DNA of 63,459 nucleotides, counting the filler, from Thraustochytrium aureum (Eukaryota), in NCBI GenBank assembly GCA_012862495.1. It is 6 parts of 5 records of this genome, joined end to end, with 100 filler letters (N's around TTAATTAATTAA, not from the genome) between each part and the next. Parts side by side here need not be neighbours in the genome. Positions count along the whole stretch, not along the records: positions 33,966 to 49,593 come from BLSG01000129.1; 5 more parts are not named here. One strand, 5' to 3'. The notes below the pieces were generated by a model. The model searched no databases, had not been told where the DNA came from, and was given only the letters and a program-made list of their open reading frames with translations. This document shows, in pieces, positions 35,632 to 47,152 of the stretch. The position numbers were made by a program, and so were the translations under genes. The first letter of the stretch is position 1. The number at the start of each line of letters is the position of its first letter.

Positions 35632-38260
35632 TCAAGCCCAACCGCGTCGGCGCCTTTCGAGCAAGCTCGCACGAGTGCGAGGTCGCCCGTGCTCGCGTCT
35701 NNNNNNNNNNNNNNNNNNNNNNNNNNNNNNNNNNNNNNNNNNNNNNNNNNNNNNNNNNNNNNNNNNNNNNNNNNNNNNNNNNNNNNNNNNNNNNNNNNNN
35801 NNNNNNNNNNNNNNNNNNNNNNNNNNNNNNNNNNNNNNNNNNNNNNNNNNNNNNNNNNNNNNNNNNNNNNNNNNNNNNNNNNNNNNNNNNNNNNNNNNNN
35901 NNNNNNNNNNNNNNNNNNNNNNNNNNNNNNNNNNNNNNNNNNNNNNNNNNNNNNNNNNNNNNNNNNNNNNNNNNNNNNNNNNNNNNNNNNNNNNNNNNNN
36001 NNNNNNNNNNNNNNNNNNNNNNNNNNNNNNNNNNNNNNNNNNNNNNNNNNNNNNNNNNAGATAGGCTTCATGCACAGTGCGGAACCGGTTTGCTACCGTC
36101 TCCAAGGCTTGCTGCACAAGAACGGCCTGGGCGGCGTCCTGGGCGGCGCGAGCACCCTCCTCGTCCTGCTCGTCAAAGCAACCTACGCTCGAACGCGCTT
36201 GCAGTTGGTCGAAGTCGCTGACGCTTGCATGCCGCCTCTGCTTGAGGTGGTGAACCGCCGCCGGCGCATCGCGCAACGTTTGTTCCGCGTTCGGCAACGC
36301 GGCGTTGTTAGATAGCACACGCGCAAAGCTGTTGTACGTGCACAATCCGGTGGCGGGGTCAACAAGCATGTGAGCCAAGGCACGTTGATCTTGCGGCGCG
36401 AGTGCCAGGCCCAGTCTGCGCAAGCCCTGAACTGCCCCGCCTGCGTCGATACGCCCATGCCGTGTTCGGTCGAGCAGGAGAAATACATCGCGCATACCCG
36501 ACCCCCACGCGCGCTTGGCCTCCACAAAGTCTCGCACGCGACCAGCAAGCCGCGCGCGCTCGCGCTCTTCGCGACCAGGGCACGCCTGGAGCCGGGCCTC
36601 ATGTTGGCCCCAAGCCGCGGCCCGTTCGTCTTGCTGCTTCACCTCGTCCTCCCACAACGAGGTCGAGCACGCTAACGCTTGGCTGTGCCCAAGCAAAACC
36701 TCTTGGAACGAGCGCAGGTCGACATCGTGCTCGCGCCCGATCTTTGCAAACTCGAGCTCTATCTGCTCGCGGTCCGCCTTGCCAAGCTTGAGTCCAGCCT
36801 TGTCGCCCAGCGCCCGCAGGATGGACGCGCAGGTAACTTTGTTCGTCCCCTCCTCGCGGCAGTGCTCAAATGCGCGCTCGGGCGCCCCCAAAGAACTCAA
36901 CAGGGATTGCCCTACAAGCCGGTGGATCGCCAGCCGACGCTTGCGTGCATGGTTCACTGGTCGGATGAATTGGTCGGGCAGCACCTGACGGGACTCGGCG
37001 CTCAGAGTGTCGAGGAGGTCGCGATAGTTGATGCTCGCGGGGCCAGCGCCTCCGCGCGATGCGCCACCGCAGCCAAGACTGCGGGCCAAGGTAGCAAAGT
37101 CACCGTTGGACAGGGCCACCCCCGCATGCGACTCCAGCACCTCGCGAAAGGCCTTCTTGTCAAGGGCGCCGGATCCACGCTTGTCTCGCGTCTCAAAGTG
37201 GTCCTGCAGCTCGCTCAGGTCCTGGCCAAAGGAGCCAAGCAGCTTTTCTGTGACGCGGCGCAAGACTGCTATTTCTTGACGAGAGCGAGGTGCGACCGCT
37301 TTCCGCGCCTCGAAGCGTGGCGCAAGTCGCTCCGCGTCTCTCATGAGGTCGACGGCTTGTCGCCCGGAGAACAGCTCCGCACCCCGCGCCTCATTTGAGC
37401 CGCGCCGCGTCGACTTCGGGGTCACAAGTTCCGCCAACCGAGCGTCCAATTCGTGGGGCTCGTCCGCGGCGAGGAGGGCGCGCACCGGGTCCGAGTTGTT
37501 TTTCGCTTTGTCTCGTTCCAATAGTGTCTCGAGGACAAGCTTGCAGCCCGTGGACCCTTGTGTGGGCTCACCGTAGCGAGAAATCAGCCCGCCCACCGCT
37601 CCGGAATCGTTGCGTTTGTTGGCCATTGCTGATTTCGTCGGGCGGCAGCCCTCCGCTGCTCCATGCCCAAACTGCCGTCCGGCAGCAGGCACGGGGCAGG
37701 GATCATGTGGCCCGCTTGACGTGTTGCCAATTTGGGCCGGCTGGCCTCGGTTCGGCGCGTCGTGCTTCCCAGACCGGTCCGGACCGACCATCAGCTATGT
37801 GACTCGACAACTGCATTATGGAACTCAGGACCGAATCGCCGCTCATTCGTCGCAGTCGTTCAACCTGGCCTTCGGAGAGCTCGAGGCCGATATTCTGCAG
37901 TCCGCTCTGGAGCTCGCGCGCAGAGACGTGCGTTTCTGCGAAAGGTCTTCCGCTGCCCGCTGCCGTTCCTGCTGCGCGCTGATGCCGCCGGTGCGTGACC
38001 TTGTCAATGTCCGTCATCTCCTCGGGAAGCGTGACAATCCCCCCGCGAGGAAACCGCCTGGCCGTCGCACCAGGCGCACCATTGTTCTTGCGTTGCTCCG
38101 GCTGGCGCCGCATGGCAGGCAGAAGCGAGCCTCCCCAGAAAGCCCCCCGCAGACTGCGCTCCCGGTGGCGGGCTCCCGCGCTCCGGTGCTGCCTCTCGGC
38201 TGCTCGAGGCTCTTGCGCGCCTGCGAGAGCGACGGTTGTTGTTGCATCATCATCGGCCAT
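35632..38260 (-). CDS. Multi-EF-hand protein (frameshift near 37710; 3' end uncertain)
   Basis: FETRDKRGSGALDKKAFREVL, INYRDLL and FLLLDRTRHGRIDA are EF-hand-like, partly degenerate loops. Confidence 0.7.
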
Positions 38261-38643
38261 GGATGGGCTGATGAGGGCGACGCATGACCGTTGTGGGCGG
38301 TAGATCCGTTGGTGTCGCGCGCGAATTGGCCGGCTCGCTCTGAGGGCAAGCCCGCCTGCCTCTCTCCAAGCCGCCGGCGCGGACGCGGCGCTCGCCGTGA
38401 GAAGGCTTCTACCGCCTTACGCCTCGAGCTCTTTGCAGGAGCGGCAGCGCGGCGCGCGGCGGCCACTCTTGACTTGCCCAAGGTCTCCACGGAAGCGCGG
38501 CTTGAGCGCCGAGGCGTAGCCAAGCACGGTCCTGCCAGACACGCAAGCGCCGGCGAGCCACAGTATAGCACGCAGCGGCACAGAGGCACGCGCGGCGACG
38601 CAGGAGGTTATTCGTAGGGCGGCAGGAGCTAGGGGCGCCGACA

Positions 38644-39742
38644 ATGTCGGACACTGCCATTCCAACCGATCCGGGTGACGAGAAAGCGATGCCCGCCGTA
38701 GAGCAGCCAGGGGACGAAAGCGCGCCGCCCACGGAAGAGGCGGCCCCCAAAAGACGCGCGCGCCGCCGACGCGCATCGATCTCGGCCGAGGTAGACAACG
38801 CGACCACCTCCCGACTTCGTGCCCAAGGTGATCCCCAAGACGCCGGAGGAGGAGGAGCGGCTGCGCAAGGCCGTGGCCAGCAACTTTTTGTTCTCTGCGC
38901 TCGATGACGAGCAGCGAAACCAGGTCTTCGGGGCTATGGAGGAGAAAAAAATCCCAGCAGGCACCGAGGTGATCGCCCAGGGCGACCCAGGCGACTTTTT
39001 CTACGTGCTCGACGCGGGCGCCGCGGACGTGTTCGTGAACGGCGAGAAAGTCCACCACTACGACGCCGGGACCTCGTTCGGCGAGCTGGCACTCATGTAC
39101 AACTGCCCGCGCGCGGCCTCGGTGAAGACCACCGAGGACTGCACGCTGTGGGCGCTCGATCGCCAGACGTTCCGCCAGATACTCTACGCCAACCAGTCCA
39201 AGAAGCGCAACGATTACGAAGGCTTTTTGAAAAAGTGCGACCTGTTCGAGGGCCTCACGGACACGGAAATCACCCGCGTGGCCGACGTGCTCGAGGAGCG
39301 CGCGTTCGCAAAGGGCACCGTGGTCCTGCACGAGGGGGACGAGGACTTTGGCGCAATGAAGTTTTATCTGGTCATCAAGGGCAACGCCGTGGCGACCAAG
39401 GCAACGGAAGAAGGCCAGGAGCCCCTGAAGGTCGGCCAAGTTGGTCCCGGCGGATTCTTCGGCGAGAAGGCGCTCATAGAGCACGCGCCGCGCGCGGCTA
39501 CCGTTTCGGCTGCCACGGACCTCGTCTGCGCCTGCCTCGACGTGGCTGCGTTCGAGCGGCTCCTCGGCTCCTGCAAGTCCACCATGCAAACCCAGATCGA
39601 CGGGTACAGCGGCACGACCTCCGCGGCGCACGGCTCCGCGGTCAACGCTGTGCGCGCGCTGACGCCGTCGCACTCGCAGGAAGGCGGCGCCGACGAGCCC
39701 GCGCAAACCGCCGAGGAACAGAGCGCCGCTGCCTCCGCCTGA
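38644..39742 (+). CDS. PKAR: cAMP-dependent protein kinase regulatory subunit; +1 frameshift near 38810
   Basis: Inhibitor site RRRASISAE, VIPKT..RL, and two cNMP-binding domains with FGELALMYNCPRAASV and FFGEKALIEHAPRAATV. Confidence 0.95.
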
Positions 39743-39954
39743 CGGCCTGCCGCGCAAGCCAGGAGTGCCGCCAGAGCCGCGCTAGCTAGCTAGAGTAGTA
39801 GAGAGCGAGAGAGAAGACCAACGAGAGCGTCCAGCCCTGCCCGCTTGCGTTGCGCGCCTGCCTGCCTGCCTGCCTGCCTGCCGCTCTGGAGTAAGCAGAA
39901 GGGCATTCTGGCTCGTGCAGGCCTGCCTGGCGGGGTCGCAGTGCGCTCGCCGCG

Positions 39955-42123
39955 ATGGNNNNNNNNNNNNNNNNNNNNNNNNNNNNNNNNNNNNNNNNNN
40001 NNNNNNNNNNNNNNNNNNNNNNNNNNNNNNNNNNNNNNNNNNNNNNNNNNNNNNNNNNNNNNNNNNNNNNNNNNNNNNNNNNNNNNNNNNNNNNNNNNNN
40101 NNNNNNNNNNNNNNNNNNNNNNNNNNNNNNNNNNNNNNNNNNNNNNNNNNNNNNNNNNNNNNNNNNNNNNNNNNNNNNNNNNNNNNNNNNNNNNNNNNNN
40201 NNNNNNNNNNNNNNNNNNNNNNNNNNNNNNNNNNNNNNNNNNNNNNNNNNNNNNNNNNNNNNNNNNNNNNNNNNNNNNNNNNNNNNNNNNNNNNNNNNNN
40301 NNNNNNNNNNNNNNNNNNNNNGCTCCAAGAGCGAGAAGGACCTCAAAGACCGGTACAAACTCGGACCCGTGCTGGGCGAGGGCACGTTCGCGGTGGTGCG
40401 TTCCGGCGAGGACAAATCCACGCGGGACCGCGTGGCGATCAAAGAGATTTGCAAGGAGCTGAGCGAGGAAGAGGCCCTCGAGAACGAGGTGCACATCATG
40501 CAGAAAATCGGCGCGCACGACAACGTCGTCTCGCTGCGCGACGTGTTCGACGGGCGGGACAAGCTGTTCCTTGTCATGGACCTGGTGGAAGGCGGCGAGC
40601 TTTTCGACCGCATCATCGAGCGCGGCGAGCTGTCCGAGCAGGCCGCTGCCAAGATGTTCCTGGGCGCCGTGAAGGGCTTGCACCACCTCCACGAAAAGCA
40701 GATCGCACATCTGGACATAAAGCCGGAGAACCTGCTGCTCACCAGCCGCAACGACGACGCGGGCATCAAGATTGCCGACTTTGGGCTCGCGATCGACATC
40801 AGCAACTACGTGGACACCAAACTTGTGCGGCGCGCGGCTGAGAGCCAGCCCGAGCCCGAGGACCAAGCACCAGCGTCACCAAAGCACGTTCCAACGCCCG
40901 ACCCTCCCGCCTCGGCGTCGCCTAGCGGAGCGAAAGCAGCCGACGTGGCGCACGACCCGCCGGCGGGGGTGCCGACGACGCGCGTTCTGCAGGAGTGTGT
41001 CGGGACCCCGGCTTACTGGGCCCCCGAGATGGTGAAGAACGAGGCGTTTGACGAAAAGGTGGACATTTGGGCGCTAGGCTGCGTGCTGTACATTCTCATA
41101 GTCGGCGCCCACCCGTTCGACCCGATGGGCGACGCCACGGAGGCGCAAATTCTTGCACAGGTGGCCAAGGGCCAGTATGACAAGGCCAGCCCGCAGTTCC
41201 TGGACATTTCTGCAAACGCCAAGGACCTCATCCGCCACATGCTCGACCCCAACCCCAAGACGCGGTACAGCACAGCTCAGCTTCTCCGACACCCCTGGCT
41301 TGCAGAAACCGGCAAGCTCAGCAGTGAGCCGCTTTCCAAGGACCACATCACGCGCCTACGAGGCTTTCGCATCATCCGTCTGCTGCGCCAGGGCATGCAG
41401 CACATGCTGGGCTCTGCCGCGAGCGACCTCTTCTCCGTCTTTGACGCGGACGGTGACGGATTCATCTCGCCCGAGGAGCTCAAGAACGCGCTCGAGCTCA
41501 TCGGCCAGCGTGTCACAAAGCGCGAGGTGGAGATGATGATTCGGACTATCGACGGCAATTCGGACGGCAAGATCTCGCGGGAAGAGTTTGATATTGTGCT
41601 GCGTGCCCCGCCCTCAAGCCCTTACAGCTCCTTGCGCCACAAAAGCACCAGCTTGGAGGACATCGAGTTCCTCTTTCGCGTTTTTGACCGCGACCGGGAC
41701 GGGTACATCGAGCCGAACGACTTTCAGCACGTCCTGGGTTTGCTCGGCGCCTCTGTGACGGCCTCGACGCTCTCCATGGAGCTCTCGCGGCTCGATATTG
41801 ACACCGAGCGCCGAATCGACTTTGCTGCGTTTGTACAATACTGGCGAATGATGGAGCGCGAACGCTTTCGAGCAGCCGAGGGCGCGTACAGCAGCCTCGC
41901 GGCGCCGTCTCCGGTGCACATGAAGCATCGCCGCACCAAGCTCTCTGCTGGCGCCGAGCACTTGCACATGCAGCCCGAAGGAGATCACGCCAGGGAGGGG
42001 AGCCGTGGCAGGGATGGGGGCAGCGAGGACGTTGGTGGCGCCGCGGACCACCATGGCCACGACTACGCCGCAGACGAGGATGAAGACGATGACGCCGGGG
42101 AGTTTGCCGAGATGTCGGCCTAA
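39955..42123 (+). CDS. Calcium-dependent protein kinase (CDPK-like): Ser/Thr kinase plus calmodulin-like domain; N-terminus partly in gap
   Basis: GEGTFAVV, VAIK, HLDIKPEN, DFG, GTPAYWAPE. EF loops DADGDGFISPEE, DGNSDGKISREE, DRDRDGYIEPND, plus one degenerate loop. Confidence 0.93.
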   Translation: MXXXXXXXXXXXXXXXXXXXXXXXXXXXXXXXXXXXXXXXXXXXXXXXXXXXXXXXXXXXXXXXXXXXXXXXXXXXXXXXXXXXXXXXXXXXXXXXXXXXXXXXXXXXXXXXXXXXXXXXXXXSKSEKDLKDRYKLGPVLGEGTFAVVRSGEDKSTRDRVAIKEICKELSEEEALENEVHIMQKIGAHDNVVSLRDVFDGRDKLFLVMDLVEGGELFDRIIERGELSEQAAAKMFLGAVKGLHHLHEKQIAHLDIKPENLLLTSRNDDAGIKIADFGLAIDISNYVDTKLVRRAAESQPEPEDQAPASPKHVPTPDPPASASPSGAKAADVAHDPPAGVPTTRVLQECVGTPAYWAPEMVKNEAFDEKVDIWALGCVLYILIVGAHPFDPMGDATEAQILAQVAKGQYDKASPQFLDISANAKDLIRHMLDPNPKTRYSTAQLLRHPWLAETGKLSSEPLSKDHITRLRGFRIIRLLRQGMQHMLGSAASDLFSVFDADGDGFISPEELKNALELIGQRVTKREVEMMIRTIDGNSDGKISREEFDIVLRAPPSSPYSSLRHKSTSLEDIEFLFRVFDRDRDGYIEPNDFQHVLGLLGASVTASTLSMELSRLDIDTERRIDFAAFVQYWRMMERERFRAAEGAYSSLAAPSPVHMKHRRTKLSAGAEHLHMQPEGDHAREGSRGRDGGSEDVGGAADHHGHDYAADEDEDDDAGEFAEMSA

Positions 42124-42721
42124 CCGAGACACTGTAGACGAAAAACAAATGAAGCGAGTCTACGCTCCATCGCCCCAGCCGCAGCGCACGGCATCCGTCC
42201 CTGGAGCAGACCCTGGTTGCTCGGTCCCATCCCGGCGCTTTGCAAGTTATTTTCCACAAGGTGCGATCACTGAGAGTGGGTCGGGCACGGTGGCGATGCG
42301 AGGACGATGGTGAAGATCCCTCAAAGACGAGAAAGGCCGTGGCCTCGTCGGGCAGCCAGCGCGACGCCAATCCCATCCAAGAAGGCCCTCGTCGCTCTCT
42401 CTACTAGCGTAGAACGATCGATCGACCATTTGATTGGCATCCTGGTGTTCAAAGAAGACCGCTCCCTGCAAGGCCAATGACCGACCTTCATGGGCGACAG
42501 TTGGAGCTCGAGTGAGTACGACAAGATCAGAACAGCAGAGCAGAGAGCGCGCAGGCACGCAGGAGCCAAGACGGCGCTCGGGTGGCCACACTCAAGCCAG
42601 CTCTAGAGACAGAGCAGCTGCTCGACGACGCGGCGCGAAGCTGAGGGAGCTCCCACAGTCGGCCTCGGCGACTTGTGGGCTCCCTTCCCTGCCTGCCAGT
42701 CGTTGCTTGGCGCATCTCAGG

Positions 42722-45700
42722 ATGGACGGCGAGCTTGGCCAGTGGCCGCAGGCAACGGCGCACGGTGGCAGGGACAACGACTCTGCGAGCAATGGCGCCG
42801 CGTTCGATGAGCCGTGGAGCACGCCGCTTCAGCTCAATGTCCCGGAATCGGCGGCGCGAGACCCGTTCGAAGGGTTTATGGCTACTCCGGGCAAGGGCCT
42901 GTTCAAAGACAGCCGGAGCGGAGACCCGCTGTTCAGCTTGGTGGGCAGCGAACCCGTGGGGTTTGGGGCCACGCCCGGGCAGCTTGGGTCGCCGAGAACA
43001 CCAGGGAACTGGTGGGCCAACCAAGACCCGTCGCGTGCGGTCGATGACGACGAAGAGTTTAAAAGCGGAGGTAAGCCGGCGATGCTTCTGGCGCTTGTAA
43101 GGTGGCAGGGTGGAAGGCGCGATTCAACTAACAAAGTCGGGACGATGCTCAGACCAGGTTCTTGCGATGATGGACCAAGAGGCTATCTTTCACCACGGAT
43201 CCGCAGGCGCAATGGACACGGGTTTCGGAGAGCCCGGAGTAGACCCCTTCATTGACGCCGAGCCTGCGGTGCTTGCTGACCCTCGTGCGTACTTCATGCA
43301 GTGGTCGGCGCCAGTTACCAAGCTTGCCATGCTCGAGGCCTATGTAAGTCCGCCCGCCTGGTTTGCCACACCCCTGGCCCGGCTAACGCGCCATGTATGC
43401 GCGCCATCGCCGTCCCGCCTCCAGAGCAAGTTTCGAAGCCCGGCCTCCAGCCCCTCGAACGCCAGGGCGCCGCCGTCCGAAGCAAATGGTGCAGACAGTG
43501 GACCCCTCAAATCGTTCGATGGCAGGCCCGTGCACGCCGTCGCCGCCGCAGAAGCTGCGAAAGAAAATTCATCGTGGCCGTCCAACGCAGACGTGTCCCG
43601 CCGAGACCGCGAGGGAGTTGCTGCGCAAGCGCTTCCCAAGGACCTCGGCTACCCGTTTTCGGAGTCTCTCGAGTTCACGCCAAACAGAACCAGGCTGGCG
43701 CCAAGCTCCCTTCGAACCCTGCAAAAGAAGTTTCCCATAGGCGGCAGCGCCGGACAAGGCCAGGCTCTGTTAGGCAAGACCGCCCCAAAGCCGCCGTCAA
43801 ACGGAGCGACGCGCATGGCGCTCACGAGCAGCCGCGCCGAAGACGCGACCTCCAAAGAGCGGGCAATCGTCAACGCGTGCTCTGTAGATCTGCCGAGAGA
43901 CTCGCTCGACGGTTTGGATCTATGCGCCGCCTTTGGCACGAGGTGCGTCCGACGTGTGCCGATCGCAAACAAAGGCCCTACGCCCGTCGCAGTCAACGTT
44001 GCCCTCGCGGCCAATGCGCTGCTGGGCAACACCGAGCTATCGGTCTCCCCGACTTGCCTCGAGATCGAGCCGGGTCGGCAGCGGCTGCTCACCGTCACGT
44101 TCCAGCCACGCGCCCCGAGCCACACATCTTCCCGACAGCTCCGCTCCGTGCTTGAGGTAGACGTGAGCGGATCCGTGCTGCAGCGTATCCCGGTCAATAC
44201 GGCAACGCAGCACGGACCTCGGCTTCACATTGACCGCTCCGGCATCAACTTTGCAGGAGTCTCACCGAACTGCGTCGAGACAGCGCGCATCGCAGTCAGC
44301 AACCAAAGTGCAGAACCTGTGCAAGTGCGGGTTTCCACTGGAATCGAATGTTCTGGACAACATGGCGACGAGCGCTCGGGTGCGTCGACAGCGCATGATG
44401 TTCCAGAGCGTGTGCTCGAAGAACTTGGAAAGGAGGATGTCGAGGACGGCTGTTGGCTGCCGCCAGAGGAGGAAGCACAAGCGTTTATCGCCTGGGTCGG
44501 GGAAGAGGAGGGCGATCAGCAGACCTTGCCGACGAGCACCGTGGCGCAGATACCGCCACACAAGCGAGTCTATGTGTGGGTCCGCTTTGCGCCAGGGAAA
44601 AGGCTAAAGTTTCGCGCCTCCTTGCGCCTCGAGGCCGCCCCAGTGAGTGCTCTGGCAGAAGGAGTGGAGTCAGCGCCGTGGGAAGAGCGTGTCATTCCCC
44701 TATTTGGGTATGGAGGGACTGCGCGAGTCTCGGCCGGGTCCAGCAGCGTGCTCCTCCACGCGACCCCGCCAGGATTGTACGCTGCCACTGTAGAGCTGCA
44801 CAACGCTGGAGAGCGGACAGCCTACGTTCGGGCAAGCCGCGTGCACGGACCTGGGCTGCAAGTAAGCCCTGGCGCCCTCACGGTTCCGCCAGGCGAAAAG
44901 CGCGAGGTCGAGGTTGTATACCGTGGCTCGCACCCTCCTGGCTCGCCGCTCCATAAGATAGAGCTGTTCTGGGGCGACGATTTGCTGCGCGCCAAACGTT
45001 GGAGTGCACGCCGGCGCCACGACCGGGGCGCACTGCCTCAAGCTCCTTTGATGGGGATGCGGAGTTTGATGGTCTCGGCTCGCGAGCTGCAGACACGGGT
45101 TCTGTTTCGTGCAGCCTCTTCCACGAGGGGCTTGTTCGAAGAAAGGCAGCGCCGGATCCCCCTTCACGTCGCCTTTGGTGGTGCCAGGCGTTTCGAAACG
45201 CCCGCTGGGGGTGTCCAAAGCGACGAGACTTGCATGGCGTTTCACAAAAGCGACACGCCAGGCTTGCTGTGCGCCCTTCGCAGGTGCGCCTCGTGGAGTC
45301 TAGTGGAGCGCACCGCTCTCCTGGGACCCGTCTCTTTCTCTCCAAGTTTACGGTGCGAAATACGAACGCGCACATCGTGCGGATTACGTGCTGGTCTGCC
45401 GATCAACGTCTAGCCCTATCCCCAGCGCGCGGGTGCGTGCTGGCCGGTGAGGACTTTGAGGTCACAGCTCAGTTTGCGCTGCCTCCAGGGGAGCGCAGGC
45501 CGCGAGAGCCGATTGAGATTGTGGTTGACAACGAGCTGAACAAGAGCGCGTTGCAAGCGATTCTCGTCCCGGGTTCCAGCAAGCGGTCTTCTCGTTCCTC
45601 GACTCGCCCAGCGCGCCGTGGGGTCTACTTTGACCGGACGCGCTACGATGTATCGGCAGCCGCTGATGGCACGTCCAGCGAGGTCTCGATCAAGGTGGCG

Positions 45701-45952
45701 AATGGCCAGGACAGCCCTGTTGCGGTCGAGTTCAAACTCGTACAAAGCCACCACGTCTTTCGCATTCGCACTGCGCATCGCCAGGTGCGCCTTGGCTCGC
45801 GGGTTTACGTCGAGCTGCCGGTCAAGTTTACCCCTTGTGAGGTGGGGCGGGAGTGGACGGCTAAACTGCTTGTTCTCAGCGCCGGGATAGTTTTGGCGTC
45901 AACAGATCTGAAGGGCTGCGTTGGAGTGAGCGCTCGGCCGCAAGGCAGATGA
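42722..45952 (+). CDS. CEP192: CEP192/Spd-2-like centrosomal protein with tandem ASH (Ig-like) domains; introns 43071-43152 and 43344-43424; frameshift near 45250
   Basis: Spd-2-domain motifs IPLFGYGG, HNAGERTAYV and LFWGDD; terminal domain GVYF...YVELPVKFTP. Introns have GTAAG donors and CTAAC branch points. Confidence 0.75.
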
Positions 45953-46180
45953 AGTTGGACAGGTGCGCTGCGAAGGGCTTGTGCTGAAGGCGGGCTCGCA
46001 CGTGCTGCGACGGGTTTGTGCTGAAGGCGGACTCGCAGGTGTCTCGACTTCGCGAGGCGTCGACCTCTTCGTGTTTTTTTAAATAGGTAGAGAAAGGTCT
46101 ACCTTTGCACTTTTTTTGAAAAGGCAAGGCATTGCAGTTCTGCGTCTGTTTGTCAAGGAATAGGTAGGTAAAAACCTCCA

Positions 46181-46343
46181 ATCGCCATGCCGTCCACAGA
46201 GGTCCACACTCGTCCAGATCGCAATGCCGTCCACAGAGGTCCACACTCGTCCAGATCGCAATGCCGTCCACAGAGGTCCACACTCGTCCAGATCGCAATG
46301 CCGCCCACAGAGGTCCACACTCGTCCAGATCGCAATGCCGCCC
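46181..46343. repeat. 37-bp minisatellite, ~4.4 copies
   Basis: Head-to-tail ATCGCAATGCCGTCCACAGAGGTCCACACTCGTCCAG with no spacers. Confidence 0.95.
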
Positions 46344-46402
46344 AAGCTTTCTCCAACCCCGCTTCCCGGACCGGATGGGAAAATCTGAGTTGCTCGGACA
46401 CG

Positions 46403-47152
46403 TCATACAGACGCAGGCCTGTCGAAGGCGAGGTGTATCTCGTCGTTCAACCGCGACTCGTCAGCCAGCAGACGCTTGACATCACCTAGTAGCATGCCCG
46501 CAACGCGCACGCCGTTGACCTCAACAAGTTCGTCGCCAACAAGAACGCCTTGCCTCCTACCTGGCCCGTCCGGGTGGAGCTCAGAAACGCTTGTGTGGGT
46601 TCCGCTTTCCTTGAGGAGAATCCCAAGACCAACAGGGCCCGGCCGCAGGACGAACCGAACTCGACTCGGCTCTTCCAAAGCCGCTGGTGAACCTTCTGGA
46701 AAGGGTGCAGCTGGCGTTTCGGACTTGGTCAGCGTCGGCACGTTGCTCAACCCGGCTTCGCTGTCGTCGCCCTGCTGAGCGGCCTGCTCGTCGTCGACAT
46801 CGTCTTCCTCGCTGCCGCTCGAAGCGTCTTCTGCGATAAAGACCTGCTTGCCGTCGATCTCCACNTAAAAGCCCTTCTTTGGAGGAAGGGGAATGGATTC
46901 CGCACCAACAGCATCCTCCAGCGGCAGAGTGATCGACGTTGGCGCGACGTCAGCGGCGCGCCCAGGGTCAGTTGGCGAGGCCGGCAGCGCGGCGCTCTGG
47001 GCTTCCTTTGCGAACGCGCGCCGCGCTGCCCAAGAGGGCATCTCGCTCTGTTTAAGCGAGTCTGGTCGTGCCGCACCGCCCCGCCTCACCTGTGCTTGCG
47101 CGATCAGCGGTTTCACTGCTTCCAAGACAGCTCTTCCTTCGACTAGTTGCAA
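46403..47152 (-). CDS. C-terminal part of a PDZ-domain protein
   Basis: RPGPVGLGILL...VSELHPDGPGRRQGVLVGDELVEVNGVRV...VKRLL. Confidence 0.85.
   Translation of the reverse strand: MQLVEGRAVLEAVKPLIAQAQVRRGGAARPDSLKQSEMPSWAARRAFAKEAQSAALPASPTDPGRAADVAPTSITLPLEDAVGAESIPLPPKKGFXVEIDGKQVFIAEDASSGSEEDDVDDEQAAQQGDDSEAGLSNVPTLTKSETPAAPFPEGSPAALEEPSRVRFVLRPGPVGLGILLKESGTHTSVSELHPDGPGRRQGVLVGDELVEVNGVRVAGMLLGDVKRLLADESRLNDEIHLAFDRPASV

Noticed and set aside
46181..46343. CRISPR array (37-bp repeats)
   Set aside because: The units are head-to-tail with no unique spacers, there are no cas genes, and the context is eukaryotic.
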